Of a stretch of 64,000 bases of DNA, positions 38,830 through 49,172 are shown piece after piece. Every line of letters begins with the position of its first letter. Positions within the stretch are counted from its first letter, which is position 1. Position numbers and translations under genes: made by a program. Source of the DNA: an uncultured archaeon (GTDB lineage: Archaea; Thermoplasmatota; Penumbrarchaeia; JASLWR01). The notes under the pieces were generated by a model that worked only from the letters and a program-made list of their open reading frames with translations, searched no databases and was not told the DNA's origin. The DNA is taken from positions 96,001 to 160,000 of the forward strand of contig CAYSHM010000001.1 of assembly GCA_964430885.1 (NCBI GenBank), in the 5' to 3' direction.

Positions 38830-41823
38830 TCATTCCTCCTCCTTGAATACAGGTACTAAATAAGGGACTTCCTTTTTGGCCAGGGCATTTTCATTAATAA
38901 GATCGATTAATTCTCGAATGGATTGGTTCTGCTCTTCAATTTTTTCCTTCAATTCTTCCTTATATTTCTCAAACTCTTCCTTGGAAACCTTTTCACTTTT
39001 TTCAATACTTTTCTTGCGCCACCGTCTTTCGAGGAGGAAAAGGATTATTGAAAATAATAGGAATAGACCATTGATAATCATAATTATTGTAATACTGGTG
39101 GACCATCTATCAAGGTCCTCTTCGGTGAGGGCATCATTTTCAAGTATTCCGCTTTCTTTTGGAATTTGAAGTTTGACCTCAATGGGATTGTTTCCCATAT
39201 GGTATTCATCAAGATTACTTATGCCATTTCTGTTTTCATCCCTTTTGGCATCGTTGGAATTAAGGGGGTCCAAACTGAACTGCTTCTCCCACAGGTCTGG
39301 CATACCATCAAAGTCAGTATCTAGTAAAATCACGCCGCTGTTCTCTAAAATGGGATTTTCATTGGAATTGAACTCCTTTAGGTTGCTTTCCCCATCATTA
39401 TTCCAATCTTCTAAAGCATCCTCGGGATCATGTGGATCCAGACCATATTGTATTTCCCACCAATCAGGAATACCATCTTTATCAAAATCCTTATCATCCT
39501 GGGAAAATTTATCACTATCGAGTACAAGTAGTTCCACTGTAATCTGGGACGATTTCCAGTCCAGGTCCATCGCAGTAATGGTTAGATTGTAATTGCCGGG
39601 TTCTACATGCTCAGGTATAGATATTTCGATAATGGCCTTTCCATCCTGAAGTAATAGTCCCTGAGGCATATCTATACCAAATTCTCTAAGATCTATTGTT
39701 ATCCAGTTGATATTGTCATCCGCATCAAAGAATGAAACAGATATCCTTACAATATCTTCTCCATTGTTCTTAATACTAGATGAAACTGAAGGATCTCTTA
39801 GGACCGGCGCGAAACCACTTGATTTCACATTGATAATCACGACTGAACTTGCGGAAAGTCCAGATATGTCAAATGCTGTAATGTTCAGTATCAGAATTGT
39901 ATTTGTGTAGTTAACATCTATGATAATCACTCTGGAATATATACTATCGTTGCCAATGAGATCACCGTTAGTTCCGTCGTCGAACATTACTTCATTCCTA
40001 TTTCCGCCGAGAGGAGAAAGATCTATAACTACTGATTCAAGATTGTTCTCGTCATCAGACGCCTCAGCTTCAATCAAACCGGTTTCCTCGCCATTATTGG
40101 TCATTTGCAGAGGTCCGCTTGCAATAATAGTAGGGGCTTTGTTCCATTCCATGATGTTCAGACTTGTTATTACCGATACAATGTTATTTCCAGTGTCTTG
40201 AACGTATATGGTAAGCTCCTTTACCCCCGCACTGCAGTTCGGACTTGCAGTAATCAACCTGGAATAGGTGGAATCCGATGATATCACATCACCGTTACTT
40301 CCATCATCGTACATCTGTGCGGTCTGGTTTCCGCATATGGGGCCGAGATCAACATATACCCGTTCTATTCCTTTATCATCATCTGCAGCAAGCGTGATAA
40401 GGGTAGTTTCCTCTCCGTTATTCTTGATGCTTCCGGGACTGATTATTGGGATAGAAACTGCCGGTTCCTGATCTCTATGGTCAACTACGATCAATTCAAG
40501 TGTTTCCACGACTACATTTCCCGACCAATCTTTGATAGTTATCGGTAGGAAATACTTTAGAGGTACAACTGTAGTGGAAATGCTGGAAATGGAGAATACG
40601 GCATCATTGGCATTGAGGTCTCCATTAGTTCCATCATCATAAAGGTCGGTCATAGAACCCTCTAAAGATGTTAGGTCGATAGTAACTTCCATGATATCCA
40701 GAAGCCCGTCCGATTCCGATATTTCAACCGTGATATTGCATTCAGTTATTCCATCATTAGGTAGGGGGCCGCCTTGTGCTTCCACGATTCCCGGCAGTTC
40801 GGATTTATAGCTGTATTCAGCAAGGACTTCCGTTGATTGAATAATATACTCATCTACTCCACACCAGGCGGTCCACATATCTCGGACTTCCTGTTTTACA
40901 TAGAATCCTACCTTTGGAGAGAAATAAGTGGTAACCGTTCCACCTGAAGGTGGGTCTATATTATCTCCATCATTGTGGGTTCCCCCATCATCTTTCCCAA
41001 TTATTTTCCAAGATGTGAATTGTTCACCCGCCAATGGGTATGCCTGACCGGATACGTATGAATCTGAGGGTATTGTAATTGATTGAGATTGAGTTTGAAT
41101 ATCCCTATCGCAGATGACATTATGATATTCATTAATGGATTCATCCCCGTCAGTTTGTCCTTCAATATTGATTATTCCAGTTACATGTACGTTGTTGGAA
41201 TAACTTCCAATATTTCCTAGTTGTATGGGGAATCCGAAGGTTTCTTCGGGCGTTTCATATAGGATAGTAATATCCTGTTTCTGATGGACATCACCCAGAA
41301 CAGTATTTGTCTCAGCATCTCCCTCAGCATAAATATGTACCTTGACAAATGCCATGTCTTCCTTGTTTATCCATATCTCACCGCTCAAAGGTGCTTCAAG
41401 ATCGAAGTGGAAATTCACTTTAATACCGGCTATCTTCTGGACACCATCACCCCAGGCTTGAACGGTTCCAGTCAGCTGCAGTTTGTAGCAATCATAGGAG
41501 GTTCCCTTTACTGTCAGTGTTTCAGTTCCGATCATGGTGAATTTTTTTTCATCATGATAGTAGTATATTGTTTTTCCATCATCGGATTCGTCTATTACCA
41601 TATGTTCTGCATCACGCACCAAAACCCAATAATCGCCAACATCCCATTTAGGGGTAAGATAAGTTAATCCTTCGGCCCTTTTATTTTCTGTTATGGATGT
41701 ATTGTTGTCCAAAATCTCAGTTTTCGAGCTGGGACTATTCATGATATTTATGGAAGATAAAATAGATATAAGAAATAGAATCAATATCATGAACGATATT
41801 TTTCTCCCATCATCAATATACAT
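38830..41823 (-). CDS. Surface protein with three choice-of-anchor-X-like repeats, Ca-binding DGxPDxWE repeats, TM helix and coiled-coil tail
   Basis: Signal peptide; PKWDVGDYW; (L/M)(Y/F)DDG.NGD..x.D..(F/Y)S x3; DFDKDGIPDWWE and DTDFDGMPDLWE; TM IIMIINGLFLLFSII; EEFEKYKEELKEKIEEQ. Confidence 0.82.
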   Translation of the reverse strand: MYIDDGRKISFMILILFLISILSSINIMNSPSSKTEILDNNTSITENKRAEGLTYLTPKWDVGDYWVLVRDAEHMVIDESDDGKTIYYYHDEKKFTMIGTETLTVKGTSYDCYKLQLTGTVQAWGDGVQKIAGIKVNFHFDLEAPLSGEIWINKEDMAFVKVHIYAEGDAETNTVLGDVHQKQDITILYETPEETFGFPIQLGNIGSYSNNVHVTGIINIEGQTDGDESINEYHNVICDRDIQTQSQSITIPSDSYVSGQAYPLAGEQFTSWKIIGKDDGGTHNDGDNIDPPSGGTVTTYFSPKVGFYVKQEVRDMWTAWCGVDEYIIQSTEVLAEYSYKSELPGIVEAQGGPLPNDGITECNITVEISESDGLLDIMEVTIDLTSLEGSMTDLYDDGTNGDLNANDAVFSISSISTTVVPLKYFLPITIKDWSGNVVVETLELIVVDHRDQEPAVSIPIISPGSIKNNGEETTLITLAADDDKGIERVYVDLGPICGNQTAQMYDDGSNGDVISSDSTYSRLITASPNCSAGVKELTIYVQDTGNNIVSVITSLNIMEWNKAPTIIASGPLQMTNNGEETGLIEAEASDDENNLESVVIDLSPLGGNRNEVMFDDGTNGDLIGNDSIYSRVIIIDVNYTNTILILNITAFDISGLSASSVVIINVKSSGFAPVLRDPSVSSSIKNNGEDIVRISVSFFDADDNINWITIDLREFGIDMPQGLLLQDGKAIIEISIPEHVEPGNYNLTITAMDLDWKSSQITVELLVLDSDKFSQDDKDFDKDGIPDWWEIQYGLDPHDPEDALEDWNNDGESNLKEFNSNENPILENSGVILLDTDFDGMPDLWEKQFSLDPLNSNDAKRDENRNGISNLDEYHMGNNPIEVKLQIPKESGILENDALTEEDLDRWSTSITIIMIINGLFLLFSIILFLLERRWRKKSIEKSEKVSKEEFEKYKEELKEKIEEQNQSIRELIDLINENALAKKEVPYLVPVFKEEE

Positions 41824-42105
41824 ATATCAAACCCCGAATAGATCAATATTGATTATTTATTCTGGACCGTAATATTGCTGAATTGCCCATAGTAAATAGA
41901 TGCCTATATATATCAAATCTTTTCCTATAAATACTAAACTGGAATTTTTATAGGTAGTTATTTATAAAAAAATAGGTCACATCATTCTTTGTGGTATTTT
42001 GGTCAGTACAATGAATTTTTCAGACTAGTAATATTATACCAATCTTAATATAATAAACTATACAATCAATGCAGTAATAGATTTCATGATGGAGGATTGA
42101 AATAA

Positions 42106-42474
42106 ATGAAGATATTAGTACCTACAGCAGGACCAAAACCAGCAAGGGAGAATGCAAGCTATATCTGTGATATGGCAAAGAAATTGAATGCAGATGTGGC
42201 GGTTCTCCACGTTTTGGATATTGGTGAATATGATGACGGCCGCAAAGCCCTGAACATTTTCGAAGAGATTGCAAAGGATTATGGACTTCAGATTGAGACA
42301 TATATCAAAGAGGGTAAAGTAGTTTCAGTTATATCCGAATTTGCTAAAAGTATTGATGCGGATCTTGTGGTGATGGGGGCAAGCCAAGGACAGATCGTCG
42401 CTGAGTGGATAGTTAGTGGAGTCCTCAAGAATTCCGAGAAACCTGTAGTAATCATACCCTGGGCTTACAGTTAA
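42106..42474 (+). CDS. Universal stress protein
   Basis: MKILVPT, VLHV, EG..VSVI..A..IDADLVVMGAS, VLKNSEKPVVIIP. Confidence 0.9.
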   Translation: MKILVPTAGPKPARENASYICDMAKKLNADVAVLHVLDIGEYDDGRKALNIFEEIAKDYGLQIETYIKEGKVVSVISEFAKSIDADLVVMGASQGQIVAEWIVSGVLKNSEKPVVIIPWAYS

Positions 42475-42510
42475 ATTCATGCCCATTCTAAGATTAAAAT
42501 CTCACATTTG

Positions 42511-42609
42511 TTAGATATAATCCGATCTGACAAATTTTATTTTATTATATTCTATAATTTTATTTTTTATCTCTAGCAGAGCGCACCTTCCATCTTTAGC
42601 TGCCCCTGG
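42511..42609 (-). pseudogene. C-terminal remnant of a metallophosphoesterase gene
   Basis: Manual translation [32 protein letters not shown]-stop matches the (N)PG...G..A.. end typical of calcineurin-like YfcE/Icc phosphoesterases; AT-rich like the host DNA. Confidence 0.65.
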
Positions 42610-42808
42610 ACGGGGAAATGAGGCCGCCGATGATATTGAGCATGGTTGACTTCCCGCATCCGGATGGGCCCATGAGGGTTACGAACTCTCCCCCGGAGAC
42701 CTTGAGGTCAATGCCCTTGAGAACCTTGTTGATCCCTCCACCTGGGATGGAAAAATGCTTTTTCAGGTCTTGGCACTTGACCAGTAATTTCTTTTTCTTT
42801 ACGTTCAT
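42596..42808 (-). pseudogene. Truncated ABC transporter ATP-binding gene (N-terminus with Walker A only)
   Basis: [35 protein letters not shown], ending after 70 aa at the island junction. Confidence 0.85.
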
Positions 42809-42888
42809 TATATCACAGGTTCCTTCCCTTCAGTTTCATTGCTAATGGAAGCCAGAAGTATTATACTCGTATTTTTTGTTACCATCAT
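42808..42888 (-). pseudogene. 26-aa mini-ORF, probable internal-deletion remnant
   Basis: [35 protein letters not shown]-stop, TAATG overlap with the next start. Confidence 0.5.
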
Positions 42889-42906
42889 CCAACCTCCGAG
42901 CCTCAA

Positions 42907-43851
42907 TTACTGAACCTCTTTCCTCTTCAGCTTGAACACCGACAGCACCGCTAGGACCGCAGGGATCAGCGTCCAGATCAACCAGGAGGTCGCCTTCGAA
43001 TTATAGTTGGTCAAAGGAATCGAGGCCAGCTGGAAACCCTGGTCGGGCTCATCAAGGGACACTCCAAGGTCATGGGTCCCCGCGAACAAACCCATCTGCT
43101 CCTGGAACGTGGGAGTGAGATAGATCCCCCCAGCCTCGATGAACGAGATGAAGATATTCCCCAGATGGTAGCCAGGATCGAAATGATAGAGGCTATTATC
43201 CACGTAGAATTCGGAGAAACCCGACCTGATCATGTAGAAACCGAGATAGATAAATATTACCAGCCCGGCAGATATTATCATCACCAGCACGCGGCTCTTC
43301 GATATCGTGGAAAGAAAGAGAGGTATGGTGCCGAAGACCACCGCCACGAACAGAGTATACAGAAGCAGTATGGGCACATACGGGACCAGCTCCCACATGA
43401 CCGAGAGATGCGCACCCGAGACCGTGACAAATACGTATACCGATAAAATGATGGCGATCAGCTCCATTACCGCCACGAACACGAGATAAGCCAGGAACTT
43501 CCCGAGGATCACCTCCCACCTGCGAATGGGTCTGGTGATAAGCGACAACAGGGTGCCCCGGCTGTCCTCGCCGGCAATGAAATCCGAAACGGTCCATGCC
43601 GAAAAGAAAGAGAGCACTATTCCCCCGATCCAGAAATACGTGACAACGAAGAGCCGATCCTTGAGCATGAGGGCCTGGACCCCTACGGGATAGCTTGATA
43701 CATCGGCGCCGTAGGCGGTGATGATGGGAACGATGACGGCCACAGCGAGGAAGATTAGGGCTCTCGGTAATGTCAATAACTTCTGAAGTTCCCTTGCAGC
43801 GATTATGTGGAAGCGCGACCCGGATATCCCCGTTTCACTCATGGAACCCAC
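42907..43851 (-). CDS. ABC-2 type transporter permease
   Basis: IAARELQKL, IAGEDSRGTLLSLITRPIRRWEVILGKFLA, six hydrophobic helices. Confidence 0.9.
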   Translation of the reverse strand: MGSMSETGISGSRFHIIAARELQKLLTLPRALIFLAVAVIVPIITAYGADVSSYPVGVQALMLKDRLFVVTYFWIGGIVLSFFSAWTVSDFIAGEDSRGTLLSLITRPIRRWEVILGKFLAYLVFVAVMELIAIILSVYVFVTVSGAHLSVMWELVPYVPILLLYTLFVAVVFGTIPLFLSTISKSRVLVMIISAGLVIFIYLGFYMIRSGFSEFYVDNSLYHFDPGYHLGNIFISFIEAGGIYLTPTFQEQMGLFAGTHDLGVSLDEPDQGFQLASIPLTNYNSKATSWLIWTLIPAVLAVLSVFKLKRKEVQ

Positions 43852-44809
43852 CTCCTTTTCCGTTCATTTCCTTTCCATTTTCGGACACCGAAGTGAGGAA
43901 GATATCCTCTAGGGATACATCCCGTTTCTTGAAGGACATCATCACGGCCTTTGATTTGTAGACTATTTCGGTCACCGCTTCCTGAAGAACGTCGTCCTTG
44001 TCCGAGACCACCTGTATCCGATTTTCATCGTCGATCCAAGCACGCTTGACATAGGGAAGTCCCTTCAATTTCTTCAATATCGACTCGTTCTTCGACGTTT
44101 CCAGCAGGAAATGATTGCCGGCCAGTTGATCCTTGATGGCACCGACATCGTCCGAGAGTATTATCTCTCCCTTGTTTATGATGGTAACTGTATCGGCGAG
44201 TTTTTCAACTTCCCCCAGAATATGGCTGCTTACGAAAACAGTCAATCCGCGCTCACGGACAAGCTCCCGTATATGATCGATCATACCCGCGCGGCCCACG
44301 GGATCGAGATTTGCCGTGGGTTCGTCCAGGATTAGTATCTCGGGCTCGTGTATGAGCGCCTGGGCCAGGCCCGCTTTCTGTTTCATACCGGAACTGTAAT
44401 TATTGACCTTGCGGTCCGCCGCCTCCTCGAGCTTCAGCCACAGGATCAGCTCTTCTGCCTTTGTTGCGGCATCAGCCTTGCCGAGGTGCCCGAGCCTTCC
44501 CATGTAGATTAAATAATCATAGAGTGTCATGTCGAAGAACTTGGGATGCTCCGACACGTATCCGATGAGCGAGTTCGCCTTGACGGAGCCGGCCTTATAT
44601 CCCTTAATCGTAGCTGTTCCCCGGGTGATGCCGAGACCCCCCACAAGCATCTTTATTGTGGTTGTCTTCCCGGCGCCGTTGGGCCCCAGGAAGCCGTGGG
44701 CCTGTCCCGGAAGGACCTTGAAATCGATGCCGTTCACGGCCTTTACGATACTGGCTTCGCTACCGAAATGCTTGGTGAGGTTCTTGGCCTCGATCATGGG
44801 GTGGATCAT
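43835..44809 (-). CDS. ABC transporter ATP-binding protein (ABC-2/DUF4162-type)
   Basis: GPNGAGKTT, YSSGMKQK, LILDEPTANLDP, VSSHIL, SLEDIFL. Confidence 0.95.
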   Translation of the reverse strand: MIHPMIEAKNLTKHFGSEASIVKAVNGIDFKVLPGQAHGFLGPNGAGKTTTIKMLVGGLGITRGTATIKGYKAGSVKANSLIGYVSEHPKFFDMTLYDYLIYMGRLGHLGKADAATKAEELILWLKLEEAADRKVNNYSSGMKQKAGLAQALIHEPEILILDEPTANLDPVGRAGMIDHIRELVRERGLTVFVSSHILGEVEKLADTVTIINKGEIILSDDVGAIKDQLAGNHFLLETSKNESILKKLKGLPYVKRAWIDDENRIQVVSDKDDVLQEAVTEIVYKSKAVMMSFKKRDVSLEDIFLTSVSENGKEMNGKGGGFHE

Positions 44810-47800
44810 TGCTTCGCCTCCCCGGCTTCGGATTTTGCAGGCATTTTCTTCTGTTTTTCATCTTTACCAACGGACGGTGGATCATTTTCCTTTTTCGCAT
44901 TCTCAACCTTCGATGCTTCTATCTCTCTCCTTTTCTCCCTCCACCGTTCCGCGCTCTTTCTCAACTTGATCCGCCTCGTTACCAATATCACAACTATTGC
45001 TATGATCAGTATCACACCTGCAATGATATTAATGATCAGGGGCGCATTGGATTCCGGCACCGTGACGATTATGGAATCCGAGAGGACGCCTCCGAACTCA
45101 TCGGTGGTCTCCACTATGATCTCATGCTTGCCGCCGCTGAGAGTAAGGGTAGTTTCACCTTCAGTGTGTGATCCGTAGCAGATACCATCCACAAAGACCT
45201 CGCACTCCACGCCTTCCAGATCCCATTTCAAAGTAAACTCGTCATCCATGGGATCGTCATTTTCAGGTGAGAGTATTGATAGACTGTAAGAACCGTCCAG
45301 ACAATACAGGCTGTTTCCCCTGGATACCAGAATATCCGATTTTCCATCGGAGTTGATATCACCGTTGTCTTCCGCTACCGCATATCCGACAGGGATTTGT
45401 CGTAGCAACGTGCCCGTTTCCGGATCCACCAGTTCCAATACAGGGACCTCTTCATCATTTACTACGGCAGTTCTCTGTACCACCATGTCCTTGATCCCAT
45501 CGCCGGAAACATCGCTTGTAACCGAGATACCGAAAACCGGTTGAGCCATGTTCCAATCGGTAAATTCCGTCTGTTCCTCGTATTGGATGACATTGAGTTG
45601 TTCTCCGGTTTTCCCGTCCAATATATGAATGTCAGCGCCCAGAGCATCCCATCGGCCGGAACCCACGGCTATATCGGCTGTTCCGTCTCCGTTGGTATCG
45701 TGAATTATCCTCAAGGGGTTGCCCCCACTGAAAGCATAATCAAATATCTCCGTATTCACCCATATCTCCTGGTGGGTAAGTCCATCAACTGCTATTATCT
45801 GGGGAGGTGATCTCTTGCCCCCGATTTTTTTGAAGATCAGAGCGTCCTCGACCCCGTTGCCATTGAGGTCCTGGTGGAAAGGCCCGTCCACAGGGTTTTT
45901 TCCCGGAGCAAAGTTTTCCAGGGGCAGGTTCCCCGCCCCAACGGAAAAGCCTGGCCCAATGGCGCTGCCGTCAAGGCCGCTCAGGACATGACATTCATGC
46001 TGCTCGTCGTTATTGTCATCTCCAGGAACAACAGAGAAGTACATCACATCCGACCTGCCGTCCCCATTCATGTCCTCGATCAGCCGGAAGCTGTCGGACA
46101 ATACCTCATCATTGTCTGGACTGCTGAGTTCCCCGGGATATCTCCAGGAGTAGTTTGCCGACAGACTGCCGTTGTCCGATATGTTTGAAAAGTATATCAG
46201 GGATGAAAAATCTGTGATGAGTAAACCCGGTTGAGCAACATCGTCCACGGCAAAAACTTGGGGATACCACGGCAGCCAACTGATATTATTTTGGGTCATG
46301 TTCCACAATTGTGAGCCGTCCGCCCCGTCCAGAAGATAGACCTTTCCTCCCTGGCCCCCCACCATTACATCCGTGATGCTGTCTCCGTTCAGGTCCGCAA
46401 TTAGGTCCATTGTTGCGATCCTTCGGTTCACCGCGTTCCAGTCTTCATAGAGACCCTGGGATGCATTGAGGGAGGAATTGAGCCAGAGCTGGTCCGTGAC
46501 GGGTGCCTCCCAGGCCAAACTGCCGTCGGCTCCATCTATGACGAACACGAATGTATGATTTCTCATCTCCAGGAGATCGTCCGCCCCGTCGCTTTGCCGG
46601 TAGGCCAGGATATCGATCTTTCCGTCACCGGTAAAGTCGTTTTCCAAGCTGATGTCCCTTGCGCCCTTCGTCGGAAGATCTGCGAGAGATACGGAATGTC
46701 TCCAGAGCTCTTCGCCGGTGACTCTGTCGACGGCCTGGATGGTCCTTACATGAGAATTCGAGCCCAGGAAGGACAGGACCACGAGGTCTCCGGTCCCGTC
46801 GCCGGTTATGTCCGAGATGTCTTGTACCTCCACACTTTCCATGTTGTTCACATCCCAAAGGACTTCCTGAGTTTGTGGGTCCACTACCAGAAGGCCAGAG
46901 GTTCCAAGGGTCATTATCATCAACTGCCCCTGTGAGCCGTTGGGATTATCAAAGAATTTTAGCTGAAAATTCCCCAGCCAGGCATTATCGAGGATGGGAT
47001 GTTCAAAAAAGATTTCAAGTTCCTTGCTCTCGGTATCCACCAGTTTGATCTTGTTCTTATGCGGGATCACCAGAGAATAATTACCGTTGCCGTTCCAGTT
47101 TATGAGAACTTCCGTTGACCACAGAACAGGAATATCGATGGCGTTGGTTCCTGTAGTATTGAAAAGTATACTTTCCTGATCCAGTTCCACAAACTCATCA
47201 TCATTTGAACCATCATCATCCTTCCTATCCCCTTCCTTTCCCTGCCTTGTCCTGACACCGGCCGGGGACGAGGAGATTATCTTGGCCGTCCCGCTGTGAT
47301 CCCGGTTAATTCCCATGACCAGGATGTCTCGGAGCCCGTCGCCGTCGAAATCCTCGATGGTCTTTATGCGCGGATTGAAATAATTTGACAGATCATCTAT
47401 ACCGGCCTGTATTCCGACATTGTCCTCCTCATCGATATTCGGCTGGTTCTGAAGGGTGATCTTCTTGGACCAGATGATATTTCCGCCGCTTCCGCTCATC
47501 AATGTAACGAAACCATCCTCCGAACTGACAACCACATCCGGGACATTATCGCTGTTAACATCCTCGAACGTGAGAATGGACCAAAGAGATAGGTCGATCC
47601 TGATGTCCACCGTCCCGCCTTCTTCTCCTTTTTTGGAGTCCAATTCAATGACCGTCTCATATATTTCGGTCAGATCATGTTCCCAGACCACTCTGCCGTT
47701 TTTACCGTTCAGCAGATAAATATCCCCGTCCTGGGAACCCGCGAGAACATCGTTCACGTTATCTCCGGTAAGGTCCGGGGCTGCCACAACGCTCCAGATA

Positions 47801-48438
47801 TCGTTTCCGCCAGTAAATGTCCACATGACATCCCCATTCTCTCCCGACAGGCGATAGACCCTTTTCCATGAACTCACGATAACATCCTTTCTACCGCCTG
47901 AAGGGATTGAGTCGACGCACCACGAGATGGTTTCCGCATCAATAAGTCCGTCTTCCTCGGTAAAAGCTTCCACTTCGGGTTTGAATTCCCAGAGTTTTTC
48001 CCCGGTCTCCGTGCTCACTGCAATGACATTGGGCGTTTGCTGGTTTCGAGTGCTTATCACGAAATCGTTTCGACCGCCATTGTCAATATCGGCGATATCG
48101 GTAATTGATAAAACAGGATTCAGTGTGGTGTAACGAGTGTATACCTCACCTGTAAGAAGATCTATGGCCATGGCACCGCCGTCCGTTCCCACCAGCACGG
48201 TGTTCGGAGTACCGGTATTTGTCTGGTCCACCAGCTTTATCTCGGTGGTTATCCCACCGGTCATGCCGTCGATTGTCTGCCAGAGTACGCTGCCCTTGGA
48301 TGTGTTATCCAGGATTTCTGGAATTGTATTCGCGTCCTGAGCGGGGATTATAATAAATAATGCCGATGTCATCAGTAAAATCGTCAAAATTACTGGCCTT
48401 ATCGAGTGTCTTTTCATTTTCATTCCCCCTTCCCGCAA
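44806..48438 (-). CDS. Membrane-anchored FG-GAP/PQQ multi-propeller protein
   Basis: Signal peptide; many D(L/F)xGDGxxD(V/I)L motifs alternating with L.G.tG..lW; Ig-like domain; TM IINIIAGVILIIAIVVILV; charged tail. Confidence 0.85.
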   Translation of the reverse strand: MREGGMKMKRHSIRPVILTILLMTSALFIIIPAQDANTIPEILDNTSKGSVLWQTIDGMTGGITTEIKLVDQTNTGTPNTVLVGTDGGAMAIDLLTGEVYTRYTTLNPVLSITDIADIDNGGRNDFVISTRNQQTPNVIAVSTETGEKLWEFKPEVEAFTEEDGLIDAETISWCVDSIPSGGRKDVIVSSWKRVYRLSGENGDVMWTFTGGNDIWSVVAAPDLTGDNVNDVLAGSQDGDIYLLNGKNGRVVWEHDLTEIYETVIELDSKKGEEGGTVDIRIDLSLWSILTFEDVNSDNVPDVVVSSEDGFVTLMSGSGGNIIWSKKITLQNQPNIDEEDNVGIQAGIDDLSNYFNPRIKTIEDFDGDGLRDILVMGINRDHSGTAKIISSSPAGVRTRQGKEGDRKDDDGSNDDEFVELDQESILFNTTGTNAIDIPVLWSTEVLINWNGNGNYSLVIPHKNKIKLVDTESKELEIFFEHPILDNAWLGNFQLKFFDNPNGSQGQLMIMTLGTSGLLVVDPQTQEVLWDVNNMESVEVQDISDITGDGTGDLVVLSFLGSNSHVRTIQAVDRVTGEELWRHSVSLADLPTKGARDISLENDFTGDGKIDILAYRQSDGADDLLEMRNHTFVFVIDGADGSLAWEAPVTDQLWLNSSLNASQGLYEDWNAVNRRIATMDLIADLNGDSITDVMVGGQGGKVYLLDGADGSQLWNMTQNNISWLPWYPQVFAVDDVAQPGLLITDFSSLIYFSNISDNGSLSANYSWRYPGELSSPDNDEVLSDSFRLIEDMNGDGRSDVMYFSVVPGDDNNDEQHECHVLSGLDGSAIGPGFSVGAGNLPLENFAPGKNPVDGPFHQDLNGNGVEDALIFKKIGGKRSPPQIIAVDGLTHQEIWVNTEIFDYAFSGGNPLRIIHDTNGDGTADIAVGSGRWDALGADIHILDGKTGEQLNVIQYEEQTEFTDWNMAQPVFGISVTSDVSGDGIKDMVVQRTAVVNDEEVPVLELVDPETGTLLRQIPVGYAVAEDNGDINSDGKSDILVSRGNSLYCLDGSYSLSILSPENDDPMDDEFTLKWDLEGVECEVFVDGICYGSHTEGETTLTLSGGKHEIIVETTDEFGGVLSDSIIVTVPESNAPLIINIIAGVILIIAIVVILVTRRIKLRKSAERWREKRREIEASKVENAKKENDPPSVGKDEKQKKMPAKSEAGEAKQ

Positions 48439-48439
48439 C

Positions 48440-49135
48440 TTATTCTCTTCCCTTCTTTGATGAAGTGGAATGTAAGGTATCGAGATGTGCCTGGAGAGAT
48501 TTCACCATCAGGTCAGTTCCACATTTCGGGCAGGTCGTCCAGTCGTCATCCTTGGATTTCCCCTTTGTGGCAGTACCTTTTAACATTATCCGGATCACCA
48601 CTGCAAGTACGATGATGGCGATGACCGCTCCGATAATGCTATACAGGACCCAGCTTTTCATTCCGCTCTCCTTTGCGGGATCGTCCTCTTCGGGCTTATC
48701 CTTATCAGTATCATCCCTGAGGGGCTCATCTTTCCCGTCATCCTCTCCCACAGTGAGTGTTCCGGTGACAGAGCCGCTAACGCTGCATTCCACGGTAACG
48801 GCCATCACATCTCCATCGGAAGCGGTCACATTGTAGGAATATACCACCATGCCCTTGCCCTTTTCATCGTCAACCTTCTGGCTCGTGTAGGTCTCATTCA
48901 GTACTTCGAGACGGTTCACGTGGATGGTCACTTTTTTGATATAATGGGTGTCGGGCTCTGCTGATTCATGGTCAATGTAGACTGTTACCATCCCCTCTTT
49001 GTAGGTCGGATATACCGCAGCCGGTGAATGGGCCCGGACATTCCCCGATATTGGGAGGAAAGCGAGAGCTGTTAGAAGCGCTGAAAATATCAGAGCCGAT
49101 AAGGCCATTGATGCAATGGTTCTATTCGTTTTCAT
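48440..49135 (-). CDS. Secreted SOR/desulfoferrodoxin-like domain, TM helix and C2H2-like zinc finger
   Basis: AHSP, YIDH, THYIKKV, ECSVSG; acidic linker; TM; CPKC...HLDTLH. Confidence 0.6.
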   Translation of the reverse strand: MKTNRTIASMALSALIFSALLTALAFLPISGNVRAHSPAAVYPTYKEGMVTVYIDHESAEPDTHYIKKVTIHVNRLEVLNETYTSQKVDDEKGKGMVVYSYNVTASDGDVMAVTVECSVSGSVTGTLTVGEDDGKDEPLRDDTDKDKPEEDDPAKESGMKSWVLYSIIGAVIAIIVLAVVIRIMLKGTATKGKSKDDDWTTCPKCGTDLMVKSLQAHLDTLHSTSSKKGRE

Positions 49136-49172
49136 TCCGTCATTCTCCTACATTTTCTGTTTCAAATTGATG

